A DNA stretch of 64,000 nucleotides, from IMG/VR virus record IMGVR_UViG_3300028591_000082. The stretch is one strand, 5' to 3'. Shown piece by piece: positions 20,043 through 30,886 of the stretch. How positions within the stretch are numbered: position 1 is the stretch's first letter; every line of letters starts with the position of its first letter. Below the pieces are notes generated by a model. That model ran no database searches and had not been told where the DNA came from. It worked only from the letters and a program-made list of their open reading frames with translations. Both the position numbers and the translations under genes were made by a program. This DNA comes from a virus. Taxonomy: Duplodnaviria > Caudoviricetes.

Positions 20043-23000
20043 ATGAAAACAGTATCTTATGGTAATGAAATTGACAATGCTGAGATAGCAACTTCAAATC
20101 TTGAGTTGCTTGTAAGTGATGATAAAATAAGTGCTAACAGTATAAATAGAACAATCCAAAATATTTATGAAGATGAAGAATATAGTTATATTTTGTTACA
20201 AAATATTGTAAAAAATATATATGGAAGAGAAAATGGCGTTTTGCCAAATATTTTGGAAGAGTTTAAAAATGTAAGACTTCTTGAAAGCGGTACTGGAAAG
20301 CAATATTTAAGAATTCCATTTGGAGCAATAAACTTATCTCAACCGCACCATAAAGACAATGGAATGTCTCATGGACTTTCATACAGTGGTGAAGAAGGTA
20401 CTGATGAAAAGAAAATAGTAAATACAGAATTTTTAGATGATGGATTTGATACATATACAATAATTAATAAGCCAAGATTAGGGATTGCAAAAAGACAAAT
20501 AGCAGATTTTATAAATCTTGATATTGCTGACCTTGATAATAATATAAAAATTTATGCAAAGAAATTTGATAATAAAGAGCAGCTTGGAAAATCATATGTA
20601 TATAAAATGGTTGCAAGTGAACAAGGTAAAGCAGAACTTGAAACATATGGTATAAATGGTGGTACAAATGCTGATGGTACAGAAAATTCTTCAAATGTGT
20701 TAGATAATCTTACATTCCCATTTGTCGGATATAATGTTTCAATAACAGAAAATACTATTGGTGCGGTTAATTCAGATATTTATGCAGCAAATACAGAAAC
20801 TTCTTATTTCCCAAATAATGCAGAAGATACATCTTGGGTAATTTTATTTAAACGGTTAATGCAGCCAGGTTCTGGGTCAACAGAAGAAGAAAGTAAAAAT
20901 TATCCAATATCTTTTTCTTTCAGAGAGAAAGGTAAAAATAAAGATGAAGATAAAACTTCAGATTATCTTCCAACTATAGATACTTATATAGATATAAGAA
21001 ATTCTTCAACAATAGAAAATCAAATTAACTCAATTGTTTCTGATATAAATACATCATATAAAGATTATTACTATGCAGAAAAAATAGAAGATACATTTAC
21101 TTATTTATCAAATGGTATATCATATAGCGAAAATCATCCTGCTGTAAAAATTGTAAGTAAAATTAATTACACAGATTTAACAAACAATGTTTTGCTTTCA
21201 ATAGATAACAAAGAAACAAGCTATATTGATAGTAACACACAAGATGGATATTATACATCTTCAGGAAGAGAAGAATTCCCAACAAAAACAGTAAAAGCAT
21301 TAGCTCAAGATTATTATTATGATTCTGTTTCTCTTTTAACTGGTATTTTTTCAAAATATAGTTCTTATGTTGTTAATCAAGAATTATCAAAGAAAGAATT
21401 TGCTCTAGAAGAACTTATAGAGCTTCCAGAATTGGAAGAAAGTTATGCTATAGGTGATATATACAAATGTTTTGTTTATCTAAATTCAGATCTTGATAAT
21501 AAAATTGATGATGGATCATCAAGAGAAAACAAGGATATATCTATATCTAAACTTTTTGGTTGTGTTCAAGCAAGAAAAATATCAGAAAATTCAGAAGAAA
21601 GATTTGAGAATTTTAATGAAACTAAAGTTTATACAGACACAATTTCTAAAACTTTAAGAAGTAAACCTATAGCATTGTTCTCATTAAATATAGAATATAT
21701 TAATGGTTTCCCAAAAATAACAGATCAAGAATTATTGTTCCCAATACTTGATCCTAGTAAAATAAACACTCGTGCAGCTGGATTGAATAATCTTTTTGTA
21801 GATACAAATACAAAAATACAAAATCAATTTTATTATAGCGACGAAGGTGTAGTAGAATGGACTCCAGATGCTGGCTCTATTTCAAACGATGAAAATAATT
21901 CCCCAACTGCTTGGAACCCAATTCCAGTAGAGGAAAAAAGAGCTATAAAATCTTGTGTTTCTACAGATAGAGACCAATTTTCAGAAATTGATGATGATGT
22001 AGCAAATAAAGCAGTTGATATCGGTATTGATGATGCTATAGAAACTTTTGCTCCATATATATATAATCACTCACAAGATGGTAACACTCAGGAAGTTATT
22101 GGTAATGATTATGGTAAAAGAATCAAGCTTCTTGGTAGAAAATTAAGAATTGAGCAGCAACAAACATCTGGAAATTATAATGATTTAAATCTTCTTGAAT
22201 TAAAAGCAGAAGGATTACTATTTAAGAGAAATGAAACTACTAAAATAAAGAATTATATAGAACTTAGAGATAACACTTCTGAAATGAAGACAAGAGATAC
22301 TGGTCTTGAACTTTTTGCAGATAAATATATTGGAGATGATGATGTAAGCAATTATTTCAAACTTTATTCAAATAACAACAAGACTTGGATAAAAGGTATA
22401 ACTGGAAGAATAACATTAGCAGCAAACAAATCAGAATCTAATGAAGCAGATGTAACTCTTGAAAATGAAACAACAAATTATTTTGATTTTGAAGCAATTT
22501 ATAATGGTAGTGACAATAGAGACAAAGAACAAACAAATAAAGGCACAAAGTATTTAAAATTACTTGGTAATTTTATAGTAGGTGATTCAAATACAAAATT
22601 TGCTAATGATGTTAGTTATGTATCTGTATTAAATACGGACACATTTATAAAAGGAAAATTCAATGTTTCTGCGTTAAATGATATTGAAAATGTAAATGAT
22701 TGTTCTAGTTTAACTATAGAAAAAGATAAGGTTTATGCTTCTAATTATAATGATTTCTGGTTAAGTGGAAATCTTAAAGGTGAGATAGCAGATACAGGAA
22801 CTGGTGCAGATAACAAAGGAAGATATAGCCTTAGAATAAGAAACAATGAAGGTCTTGAATTTAGAAAAATAGTTAATAATAATACAGACAATAATGAAAA
22901 AAATAATGAAGAAAATAATGAAGAAAATAGCACAAGCAAATTATTCTTGAATGATGATAATGTATTAGCAGAATTTAAGAATAATTATTTAAAGCTTTAT

Positions 23001-24821
23001 GAGCAGCGTTTTGATGTAGATGTAGGGTCTAAAACAAATGTAAACAGTCACACAAAACTTGAAATGAATTATGTGACTGTTGATAATAATGGAGCATCAA
23101 CAGATGTTGGTAAATTTAAAGTATCTATCAATAAATTAGATGCAAATACCGAAGATTATATTTCTCTTGATAGCACTGGAAAATTTAATGTAAGAACAAG
23201 TAATAAAGTAATTGAAGATACACCTAATGTAAAAATTAATACAAATTTAATAGAAATAGGTGCATACGAAGAAGATATAAATATTCTTAATAGTTCTAGC
23301 TCATTTAGAAGCGGAGATGTTAAAGTAAAAGGAAAAGTAAACATAGGTGTTAATAATTCAGAGAATGGAAATCTTTCTGTTTATGGAAAAACTATTCTTG
23401 GATATTATATTGATGATGAAACACAACATAAAATTATTAGTTATTATGGTAAAGAGTACGAAGTAACATCTGATGATGGAGGTATAGTTACACTTACAAA
23501 TATTGATTCATCCGCACCAAATAATGAAAAATTCTTGGATTATAGACTTTATGTTGAAGGTAATACATCTTTGCATAATGATGTGTCTGTGCGTGATAAA
23601 ACAGAATTTTTTGGAAATCTTTCTGTTACTGGTGATACTATTATTAATGGTGGTCTTACTGTAAATAGTGATGTAGAAATTAATAATCTTGAAAGTCTTA
23701 AAAAGATTGTTGATGGTAATGAAGTTGAAACAACTACTGTTATTAACGGAGATCTTACAGTAAATGGTGCAACTAACTTCAATTATAAACTTAATGACGA
23801 TGATACTGTAGATACAAGTGGAACAACTACTGTAAGAAAGAACGTAACATTAACAAATTTTGTTTCAAATGCTACAGTTACAGCAGAAGAAAATCTCAAA
23901 ATTAATGGAGTGTCTACATTTAACTCTGAAAATGGTAATGAAGTTAATGGTTCTACTGTAAATGCTACTACAACTGTTACTAATAATGTAACAATAGAAA
24001 CACTTATTGCTAACGATGTTACAGAAGTAAAATCTAAATTAACACTTAAAGGAAATACGACATTTAATAGCACTAGTGGAGCAACTACAGTAAAAGGTGA
24101 TGCTACATTAAATAATAATCTTATTGCAAATGGGCAAGTAGAAGTAGATAGCGGTGCTATATTATATCTTAAAAGAAATGCTACATTTAATAGTACAAGC
24201 GGAACAACTACTGTAAAAGGTAATGCTACATTAGGATCTCTTAGCGCAAATATTACAAAAGTTGAAAATACAAATGGAGACGCAAGTTTAACAATTGCAA
24301 GAGATGCTACATTTAATAGTGAAAGCGGAACAACTACAGTAAAAGGTGATGCTACAATAACAACTCTTAAAGTAGAAGGTTCATCTGCTGTAACTACTGT
24401 AACTGGTTCATTAAATATAGGACCTAATGCATCATCTGCTACTACAAATAAAACTACTGTTAGTGGTGGAGCAATTACTATAATTGGTAGTAGCGCTACT
24501 ACTGATGCAACTACTATTAGTGGTGGAGCAATTACGACAACTTCTGTTCAAACAAATTCTTCTAAGACAAAGAAAAAGAATATTGTTCATTCTGAAAGAA
24601 ATGCAGTAAAAGCAATTAATGATATAGAGATTGTAGACTTCTTCTATAAGAGTGATGTAAAAGAAGAAAATCAGAAAGTCGGATTTATCGCTGAAGATGT
24701 AGATTCTATATTCTCAACAAATAAAAAAGACTGCATGGATCATTCTAACTGTATTGGTATGCTTCTTAAGGCAGTTCAGGAGCTTTCAAAAGAAATTGAG
24801 GAGCTTAAGAAGCATGCTTAA
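20043..24821 (+). CDS. Long tail fibre/spike with a C-terminal intramolecular chaperone (peptidase S74)
   Basis: C-terminal SSKTKKKNI...FFYK...KVGFIAEDV...LLKAVQELSKEIEELK, with imperfect ATFNS..GxTTVKGxAT repeats. Confidence 0.8.
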   Translation: MKTVSYGNEIDNAEIATSNLELLVSDDKISANSINRTIQNIYEDEEYSYILLQNIVKNIYGRENGVLPNILEEFKNVRLLESGTGKQYLRIPFGAINLSQPHHKDNGMSHGLSYSGEEGTDEKKIVNTEFLDDGFDTYTIINKPRLGIAKRQIADFINLDIADLDNNIKIYAKKFDNKEQLGKSYVYKMVASEQGKAELETYGINGGTNADGTENSSNVLDNLTFPFVGYNVSITENTIGAVNSDIYAANTETSYFPNNAEDTSWVILFKRLMQPGSGSTEEESKNYPISFSFREKGKNKDEDKTSDYLPTIDTYIDIRNSSTIENQINSIVSDINTSYKDYYYAEKIEDTFTYLSNGISYSENHPAVKIVSKINYTDLTNNVLLSIDNKETSYIDSNTQDGYYTSSGREEFPTKTVKALAQDYYYDSVSLLTGIFSKYSSYVVNQELSKKEFALEELIELPELEESYAIGDIYKCFVYLNSDLDNKIDDGSSRENKDISISKLFGCVQARKISENSEERFENFNETKVYTDTISKTLRSKPIALFSLNIEYINGFPKITDQELLFPILDPSKINTRAAGLNNLFVDTNTKIQNQFYYSDEGVVEWTPDAGSISNDENNSPTAWNPIPVEEKRAIKSCVSTDRDQFSEIDDDVANKAVDIGIDDAIETFAPYIYNHSQDGNTQEVIGNDYGKRIKLLGRKLRIEQQQTSGNYNDLNLLELKAEGLLFKRNETTKIKNYIELRDNTSEMKTRDTGLELFADKYIGDDDVSNYFKLYSNNNKTWIKGITGRITLAANKSESNEADVTLENETTNYFDFEAIYNGSDNRDKEQTNKGTKYLKLLGNFIVGDSNTKFANDVSYVSVLNTDTFIKGKFNVSALNDIENVNDCSSLTIEKDKVYASNYNDFWLSGNLKGEIADTGTGADNKGRYSLRIRNNEGLEFRKIVNNNTDNNEKNNEENNEENSTSKLFLNDDNVLAEFKNNYLKLYEQRFDVDVGSKTNVNSHTKLEMNYVTVDNNGASTDVGKFKVSINKLDANTEDYISLDSTGKFNVRTSNKVIEDTPNVKINTNLIEIGAYEEDINILNSSSSFRSGDVKVKGKVNIGVNNSENGNLSVYGKTILGYYIDDETQHKIISYYGKEYEVTSDDGGIVTLTNIDSSAPNNEKFLDYRLYVEGNTSLHNDVSVRDKTEFFGNLSVTGDTIINGGLTVNSDVEINNLESLKKIVDGNEVETTTVINGDLTVNGATNFNYKLNDDDTVDTSGTTTVRKNVTLTNFVSNATVTAEENLKINGVSTFNSENGNEVNGSTVNATTTVTNNVTIETLIANDVTEVKSKLTLKGNTTFNSTSGATTVKGDATLNNNLIANGQVEVDSGAILYLKRNATFNSTSGTTTVKGNATLGSLSANITKVENTNGDASLTIARDATFNSESGTTTVKGDATITTLKVEGSSAVTTVTGSLNIGPNASSATTNKTTVSGGAITIIGSSATTDATTISGGAITTTSVQTNSSKTKKKNIVHSERNAVKAINDIEIVDFFYKSDVKEENQKVGFIAEDVDSIFSTNKKDCMDHSNCIGMLLKAVQELSKEIEELKKHA

Positions 24822-25444
24822 AATTACGGGGGGGGGGCAGTAACAATGCTCACAGTTTAGATGTTGGTAAAAATGGAGAACTGCAATATGATGGGCAATC
24901 AATTATAAAAGTTATTGCTGACTCAATATATCCAATTGGTAGTTTGTATTGGTCTACAAACAGTACAAATCCAAAAACTTTTTTGCCTGGAACAGATTGG
25001 GAACAAATAAAAGATTGTTTTATTTGGGCAAAAGGAGATCAGACAAATTTACCATCTGGAGAAATGTATCATACTTTAACAATAGATGAGCTTCCAGAAC
25101 ATAGTCATAAAAACAGTTTAAATAGTGGTAGTGCATCATTAAGTAACAATAGTATAAATTTTAATCTTGAAACAAGAGATACATCTAGTAGCCATGGACA
25201 AGTATCACATTTAAATTCATCTACTGGAAGTATTAAGACAACTACTGGTGAAAAATGGCAAATGATAGCAGTTTCTGCTGGAACGTCTCATCATAATATA
25301 ACTAATTTTGATCAAACAATATATATTGATTATACAGATCCTACAATAAATAATAGTCAACAGATAAATAATAAAATTAAAAATGATGATATACCAATTA
25401 TGCCTCCATATTTACAAGCTTATTGTTGGAAAAGAATAAGTTAA
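24814..25444 (+). CDS. Fibre/baseplate-tip protein (YPIGSLY, gp10 C-terminal-like) interrupted by a G10 tract; OFF as assembled
   Basis: ATG 24814 overlaps the upstream stop. The G10 tract gives a TAA at 24841, while G9 joins it to the ORF carrying IYPIGSLYWSTNSTNP...WEQIKD.F...MPPYLQAYCWKRIS. Confidence 0.7.
24828..24837 (+). repeat. Poly-G tract (G10), candidate slippage switch
   Basis: Ten consecutive G in an AT-rich genome, starting in codon 5 of the gene. Confidence 0.9.
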
Positions 25445-25462
25445 AAATATAAGGAAACTAAA

Positions 25463-26398
25463 ATGAATAATGAATTAATAAATGAAGGCAAGTCTGAACA
25501 AATTCAGAAACAGCTTATAAAATTAAACAATACAGCTCTTTCAAATGCTGAAAATATGATACAGAGAAAAATAAATGAAAAATTTGGAAAAGCTGGATCA
25601 TTTTTTAAAGTAAAGGTTTTTGCAAATAAAGAAGATTCTTCACCAAGCAGAAGAGCAAGCCCAGAGGAATCTGATTATGGTACTAGCTTGTATATAGTAG
25701 ATCTTATGCCTAGAAATTTTAAAATAAATGATAAATATGGAAAATATTATAAACCATATGCAGAATATCATATAGAAAACGGTGGAACAGAAGGAAAATT
25801 TGCTATTAAAACACATGTTATAAATAGACATACAAGAACTTGGAGTGACACAGTTTATAATAATGAAGATGCAGAATATATAAAAAAGCATACTAATGCT
25901 AATGTAGAGGCTTATTACCGTTTTATTGAAAAATATAGTGATGATATTAAGAAAATAATAGAAGAAGTTTCTAATAAAATAGTATTTAATCTTGCAAAAT
26001 CAGCAAGACAGGCAAAAGAGCTTGATAAAGAAAGAAGCTGGAAGGATGAAAGAACTTCTGACGAATGGGGACCTTCTGATAAAATGAGACCAGATGCTTG
26101 GTCGAAAAGAGCGAAGGTTCCAACACAGGAAAATGATTTTAATAATAAATGGTATCATGTTCCAGAAAAATTAAAGAAAGAAATTTGGGATAAAATTTAT
26201 TTTAGTGTTGGACAGAAAGTAGCTCGTGAACTTAACAATGAACACTGGCGCAATGGTATGTCAGATGATGAACATAAAAAACTTAGAAAAATGATAGAAG
26301 AAAAAACAAAAGAAGAAGCTACAGAGATATTTAAAAAAGAAATGGATAAAAAAGAAAAACTTGCTGTAAAAGAAAAAAAATCTTATTTTAATTATTAA
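25463..26398 (+). CDS. Putative internal head protein
   Basis: AAGTTAA at 25438, N-terminal LINE/G cleavage-like site, highly charged, ends in YFNY. Confidence 0.5.
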   Translation: MNNELINEGKSEQIQKQLIKLNNTALSNAENMIQRKINEKFGKAGSFFKVKVFANKEDSSPSRRASPEESDYGTSLYIVDLMPRNFKINDKYGKYYKPYAEYHIENGGTEGKFAIKTHVINRHTRTWSDTVYNNEDAEYIKKHTNANVEAYYRFIEKYSDDIKKIIEEVSNKIVFNLAKSARQAKELDKERSWKDERTSDEWGPSDKMRPDAWSKRAKVPTQENDFNNKWYHVPEKLKKEIWDKIYFSVGQKVARELNNEHWRNGMSDDEHKKLRKMIEEKTKEEATEIFKKEMDKKEKLAVKEKKSYFNY

Positions 26399-26403
26399 AA
26401 TAT

Positions 26404-26428
26404 AAAGCCCGCATATGCGGGCTTTTTT
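26404..26428 (+). terminator. Rho-independent terminator
   Basis: AAAGCCCGCATATGCGGGCTTTTTT. Confidence 0.85.
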
Positions 26429-26482
26429 AGTATTTATAAAATAAACTCTTAACTAAAAGTTAAATTTATTAGGAGACGCATA

Positions 26483-28303
26483 ATGACTTTATTAAATCAA
26501 ATCCGCGTTTATTCTGGGAAAGAAGTATTAAACGAAGGCGCTCAAAGCATAACAGATAAAGCAAAACAAGAGTTAGAAAATAGAAAGAAGGCTAATAAAA
26601 GACCAGTTACAATAGAAGATTTCAAACCTATAGTTGAAAAGATGAAGGGTTGGTCTACTGAAAAAATCAATAAATGGATTGAAGCCCATAGAAAAGGAAC
26701 TAATGCTAATGCAGAATCTAATTATGTACCTTGGGCAGATGAATCACTTGAAATGCTTAAAAAAGCACTTGAAGAATATGGTCTTGATCTTAAAGCAGGA
26801 GAAGTAGAATCTAGAAACTTCTCTCCAGCAAACAGAAGAATTAAGGGAAGTAATGCATATGCTTATCAAGACAAAATAAATAACAAGAATGCCGCAAAAG
26901 TATCTGCATTGAAAGTAATGGGAGTTCTTGGTTGGAAAGACGGAAATAATGGTCTTTCACTTACTGGAATTCCTTCTGTTCTTCATACAGAAGCAGAAAT
27001 TAAAACTGTTCTTAAAAAAGAAATGAATACTCTTGCTGCTGTTATTTCACAGGCAAAAGACAAGAGCGGAAAAGATATAGAAATTTGTAAAAAGTTCCTT
27101 GATGAATATAAATCAATTTATGAAGATGAAGATTTTGATAAGACACCAGAAGATGTTAAAGGATACAATGAATGGAAAGCAGCATTGGATAAATATCTTA
27201 AATCAAAATCACCAGAAGATAAAAAAGCACTTGAAAAATTCAACACAAAAGATGTAAAGCCTAATAAATCAATTTTTGAAGATCTTTGGTCTCTTTATAC
27301 AAGTCAATTCCATTCACAGAATAGAACACTTGTAGGAGTTAGCAAAAAGACAGAAGTTAAGGACTTTGGTGATGGAATTAAGAAAGAAGTAAGTCAGCCT
27401 AAATGGGTTGCAGATCCGTCAAGCGCAAAGAGAGATAGCGAAACTTCTTTAGGTAGAGATATTATTCCTACAGATGGAAGAACTCTTGCCAGAGACCTTG
27501 GACCAGATTCTATTAGAGCAATCCAGACAGATAAAGAAGAACTTATTAAAGTATATAATGAAATTGTAGCATTCCTTAGAAAGAATGATATAGATTTGGA
27601 AAAACTTCGTGATCCAAGATATAAGGATGATGGATACGAAGAGGAAACTGATGAAGAAAATGATGAGCTTATGAACAGACTTGATAAACTTATCAAGACT
27701 ACACAGGCTGATTATAAGAAACTCTTTAGAGATTTGAAAACATATTGGGGAACAAACAAAGGATTAAATGTTCCAGATCTTGACGATGAACATTGGCTTT
27801 CATCTGACGAAATAAGAGGTGCTCTTTCAGCTGCTTCAAAAGTATACGAAGCTGCTTCAGATGAAGGAAAGAAGAAAATCAAAGAAGATATTAAAAATAT
27901 GAGAAGTAATCTCGAAGCTGCAAGAAAATCAGATGTTGTAAACAAACTTCGTGAACAGAAGAAATCTGGTGAACTTGGAGCAAGAAGAGCTGATAGAAAA
28001 GAAACATTCAAGAATAATGCAGTAGTACAGGTTCTTAAAAAGGATATTGAGCACGTATTTGGGCCAATGCAGAAGTATTACTACCTTGCTCTTGTAAAAG
28101 GAAATAATGAATCGAAAGTTTATCTTGGAGACGATGATAAGATTTACATTCTTAATAAGAGAAATGGTGGAATAATGCAAATGACTTATCCTAACAAGAT
28201 GGTTGATAAGCATAATGATAAGGCTTTCCTTGAAAAATACAAACCAGTTCTTGACGCAATAAGAAGTAAAGCTTCAGTTGAAACCAAGTATTTTAATTAT
28301 TAG
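26483..28303 (+). CDS. Putative internal head protein
   Basis: AAGTTAA at 26457, VLNE/G site, Lys/Glu-rich, ends in YFNY, lies just before the scaffold. Confidence 0.5.
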   Translation: MTLLNQIRVYSGKEVLNEGAQSITDKAKQELENRKKANKRPVTIEDFKPIVEKMKGWSTEKINKWIEAHRKGTNANAESNYVPWADESLEMLKKALEEYGLDLKAGEVESRNFSPANRRIKGSNAYAYQDKINNKNAAKVSALKVMGVLGWKDGNNGLSLTGIPSVLHTEAEIKTVLKKEMNTLAAVISQAKDKSGKDIEICKKFLDEYKSIYEDEDFDKTPEDVKGYNEWKAALDKYLKSKSPEDKKALEKFNTKDVKPNKSIFEDLWSLYTSQFHSQNRTLVGVSKKTEVKDFGDGIKKEVSQPKWVADPSSAKRDSETSLGRDIIPTDGRTLARDLGPDSIRAIQTDKEELIKVYNEIVAFLRKNDIDLEKLRDPRYKDDGYEEETDEENDELMNRLDKLIKTTQADYKKLFRDLKTYWGTNKGLNVPDLDDEHWLSSDEIRGALSAASKVYEAASDEGKKKIKEDIKNMRSNLEAARKSDVVNKLREQKKSGELGARRADRKETFKNNAVVQVLKKDIEHVFGPMQKYYYLALVKGNNESKVYLGDDDKIYILNKRNGGIMQMTYPNKMVDKHNDKAFLEKYKPVLDAIRSKASVETKYFNY

Positions 28304-28314
28304 AAAAATTCTTA

Positions 28315-28361
28315 AAGTTAAAAATTTTACCTTATAGCAAAGATAAAACTATAAGGTAAAA
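28315..28361 (+). promoter_or_regulatory. Late promoter AAGTTAA plus a 13-bp 5'-leader hairpin for the scaffold-capsid operon
   Basis: Motif at 28315-28321; TTTTACCTTATAG...CTATAAGGTAAAA at 28325-28361. Confidence 0.65.
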
Positions 28362-28393
28362 AACTATTTAAGTTTTTCTAATTGGAGGAAACG

Positions 28394-29266
28394 ATGGCAG
28401 ATGAAAATACTATCAATTTGCTCGACAACTCATTAGACGAAGCTTCACAGAAATATATTCAGGAAGCTCTCGAAAACTGGAAAGAATCAGTTACTAATCA
28501 GCTTGTAGAACAAATGGAAGAAGTTAAGGCAGCCAAAATCGAAGAGCTTGAAGAAGAGAATCAGAAGTATCGCGAACAGCTCAGAGAAGAATATGCAGAC
28601 AAAATGATGGCTGGTCTTAGCGATCTTGAGGGTAAAATGAAAGCCGAAGTTACTGCAAAAGTTGTAAAGGATAATCCAGAGCTCAAGATTCTTGAACAAA
28701 TCAAGGAAATCGTAGCTCCTCTTCTTAATGAAGATTACAGAGAGTCTACATACAGCGATACACTTGCAGCACTTAGTGAAGAAGTAGAATCACTCAAGAG
28801 AGAAAAAGCAATTAGCGAAGGAAAAGAAACACTTAATGATCTCCTTGCTCCTTATTCAGATAGAACAAAGAGAATGGTAAGTGCTTTAATCAAGGAAGGA
28901 ACTTCAGATGAAGTTACAGAGAATTTCTATAATCTCGTAGAAAATCTTCCAGAACTTTTCGAAGCAGAAGAAGATGATGACGAAGATGAAGGAAATGAAG
29001 ATGATCAGCAGGAACCTGGCAAAGACGACGGTGATAACACCGACGACGATGACGAAGGTGATGATGATAAAAAGAAAAAAGGAAAAAAGAATAAGAAATC
29101 TAATGACGATGACGGAAAAGACGGAAGCGATGAGAACGACGCCGAAGATGATCCATCATTGAAAGAAGAATCTTATATAAATGAAGGTTTTGAAGGCGAC
29201 GATGCTTCTAGTAAGCCAGCCGATAACACTTTCAAGAAAATGCTCAAGGCTTATGCCACAAAATAA
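28394..29266 (+). CDS. gp22: Prohead core / scaffold protein, gp22-like
   Basis: Acidic coiled coil with several L/I-x-E sites, GGAGG SD, directly upstream of the major capsid gene. Confidence 0.7.
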   Translation: MADENTINLLDNSLDEASQKYIQEALENWKESVTNQLVEQMEEVKAAKIEELEEENQKYREQLREEYADKMMAGLSDLEGKMKAEVTAKVVKDNPELKILEQIKEIVAPLLNEDYRESTYSDTLAALSEEVESLKREKAISEGKETLNDLLAPYSDRTKRMVSALIKEGTSDEVTENFYNLVENLPELFEAEEDDDEDEGNEDDQQEPGKDDGDNTDDDDEGDDDKKKKGKKNKKSNDDDGKDGSDENDAEDDPSLKEESYINEGFEGDDASSKPADNTFKKMLKAYATK

Positions 29267-29283
29267 TTTTGGAGGAAGTATAA

Positions 29284-30771
29284 ATGTTAGAAAATAATTT
29301 CGTTATAAAGGAAGAAGTTGAGAAGGAGCTTGCTGGACGTTGGGATTGGCTTACAGAAGACATTGCAGACGCAGAAGAAAAACTTAATACTCAGATCGTT
29401 CTCGAAAGCTCATACCACGAAATGGTAAAAAATGGTTCTCTTCCAAGAGGCTGGCTCGAAGAACAGCTTAATGAAGAGGGAGTTCTTACAGAAGCTCCAC
29501 AGATGTCTGGTGCAGTTGGTGACTACGTTATCCCTAAGGTAATGTTCCCAATGATTAGACGTGTTATGCCTGATTTGATTGCTAACAAGCTTGTATCAGT
29601 ACAGCCATTGTCAGCACCAACTGGTGTAATTTACTATATCGTTAACAGCTACTCTAATAACAAGGGTAATATTAAGGCTGGAGACGAATTCTCTGGAAAC
29701 CCAATGCAGACAACTCCTGCTTATGGTGTATACTACTCTTCTGAGAAAGTAGGTCCATTCATCAAGGAAGCTCCTGCTGGTGATGTAACATTCACAGCTG
29801 CTGAACTTCAGTCAGTTTATGACTTCTTGGCAGATGGCGACCAGCTTAAGAGATTTGAAGTATTCGATAAGGTAGCAGGTAGAGCAGTTGACTCTTCAGA
29901 TGCTTTCGCTGCATATGGAAATGTAATTGATAGCTCAAAGGATATCACAATTGATGCTTCAGCTTTCAAAGAAAATGCTGACGGAAATGTTGTAGTACAG
30001 CTCTTCGTTGTATACAACCAGGAAGGTTCTTCAAAGATCCCAGAAATGGAATTTGGTATTGAACATCAGAACATCAGCACAACTGAACGTAAGTTGAAAG
30101 TTAGATGGACAAAAGAAGCTGAACAGGATATGATGGCTTATCATAAGATTAACGTAGAACAGGAACTTGTAAAAGTTGCTGCTATTCAGATGAACTACGA
30201 AATCGACCGTGAAGTTATGAACTTCATTGATGACCACATCATCCCAGAACTTAGATTCGAACACAACTGGATCGATGATCTTGCAGCTACTGGACAGAAC
30301 ACACAGGGTAACTACCTTGACAGACATCGTTGCTTGGCTCAGCATATGTACCAGATTGCAACAAAGATTGCAGAATTCAACCACATTGCTCCAGCTGATT
30401 GGATGGTTTGTTCTCCACAGGTAGCAGCTGTACTCCAGATGCTCCCAGATTGGAAAGCAGGTGAAATTGCAGGTGCTAAGACAACATTCTACAATGCTGG
30501 ATTCCTTTCAAATGGAACAATGGCTGTATATGTTGATCCTAACAGAGTAGGAGCACAGGCTTACGAAATCACACTTGGATACAAGTCAAAGGATTCTACA
30601 TATGGTGCTGGTGTAGTTTACTCACCATATGCTAACTGGATGTCTAGCACAGTTGTTAATCCAGAAAACTTCAACAATGTTCGTGGAACATTTACAAGAT
30701 ATGGATTGACACTCTGTCCACGTGGACAGTACAACTATGCTACAATCAGAATTGACAACTTGGCAATCTAA
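29284..30771 (+). CDS. gp23: Major capsid protein, T4 gp23 family
   Basis: PMIRRVMPDLIANKLVSVQPLSAPTGVIYY, RKLKVRWTKEAEQD, EIDRE, GVVYSPY and TRYG motifs; LTE/A maturation site. Confidence 0.95.
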   Translation: MLENNFVIKEEVEKELAGRWDWLTEDIADAEEKLNTQIVLESSYHEMVKNGSLPRGWLEEQLNEEGVLTEAPQMSGAVGDYVIPKVMFPMIRRVMPDLIANKLVSVQPLSAPTGVIYYIVNSYSNNKGNIKAGDEFSGNPMQTTPAYGVYYSSEKVGPFIKEAPAGDVTFTAAELQSVYDFLADGDQLKRFEVFDKVAGRAVDSSDAFAAYGNVIDSSKDITIDASAFKENADGNVVVQLFVVYNQEGSSKIPEMEFGIEHQNISTTERKLKVRWTKEAEQDMMAYHKINVEQELVKVAAIQMNYEIDREVMNFIDDHIIPELRFEHNWIDDLAATGQNTQGNYLDRHRCLAQHMYQIATKIAEFNHIAPADWMVCSPQVAAVLQMLPDWKAGEIAGAKTTFYNAGFLSNGTMAVYVDPNRVGAQAYEITLGYKSKDSTYGAGVVYSPYANWMSSTVVNPENFNNVRGTFTRYGLTLCPRGQYNYATIRIDNLAI

Positions 30772-30790
30772 TTGTTAGATAGATAATATA

Positions 30791-30821
30791 AAAAGGAGGT
30801 TGTTAAAACCTCCTTTTTTTT
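30791..30821 (+). terminator. Rho-independent terminator after gp23
   Basis: AAAAGGAGGTT-gttaa-AACCTCCTTTTTTTT. Confidence 0.85.
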
Positions 30822-30886
30822 GTTTATAGATATTAAAATCATAAAATGGTTTTTAACAAAGTTAATTTATATTGGAGGAATTTTGT

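Noticed and set aside
22890-22931. 12-bp microrepeat (NNEKNNEENNEENS) as a phase-variation switch
   Set aside because: In-frame and low-complexity; copy-number change would not switch expression.
28968-29160. GAY/GAR-rich repeat as a separate element
   Set aside because: It encodes the acidic low-complexity linker of the scaffold protein.
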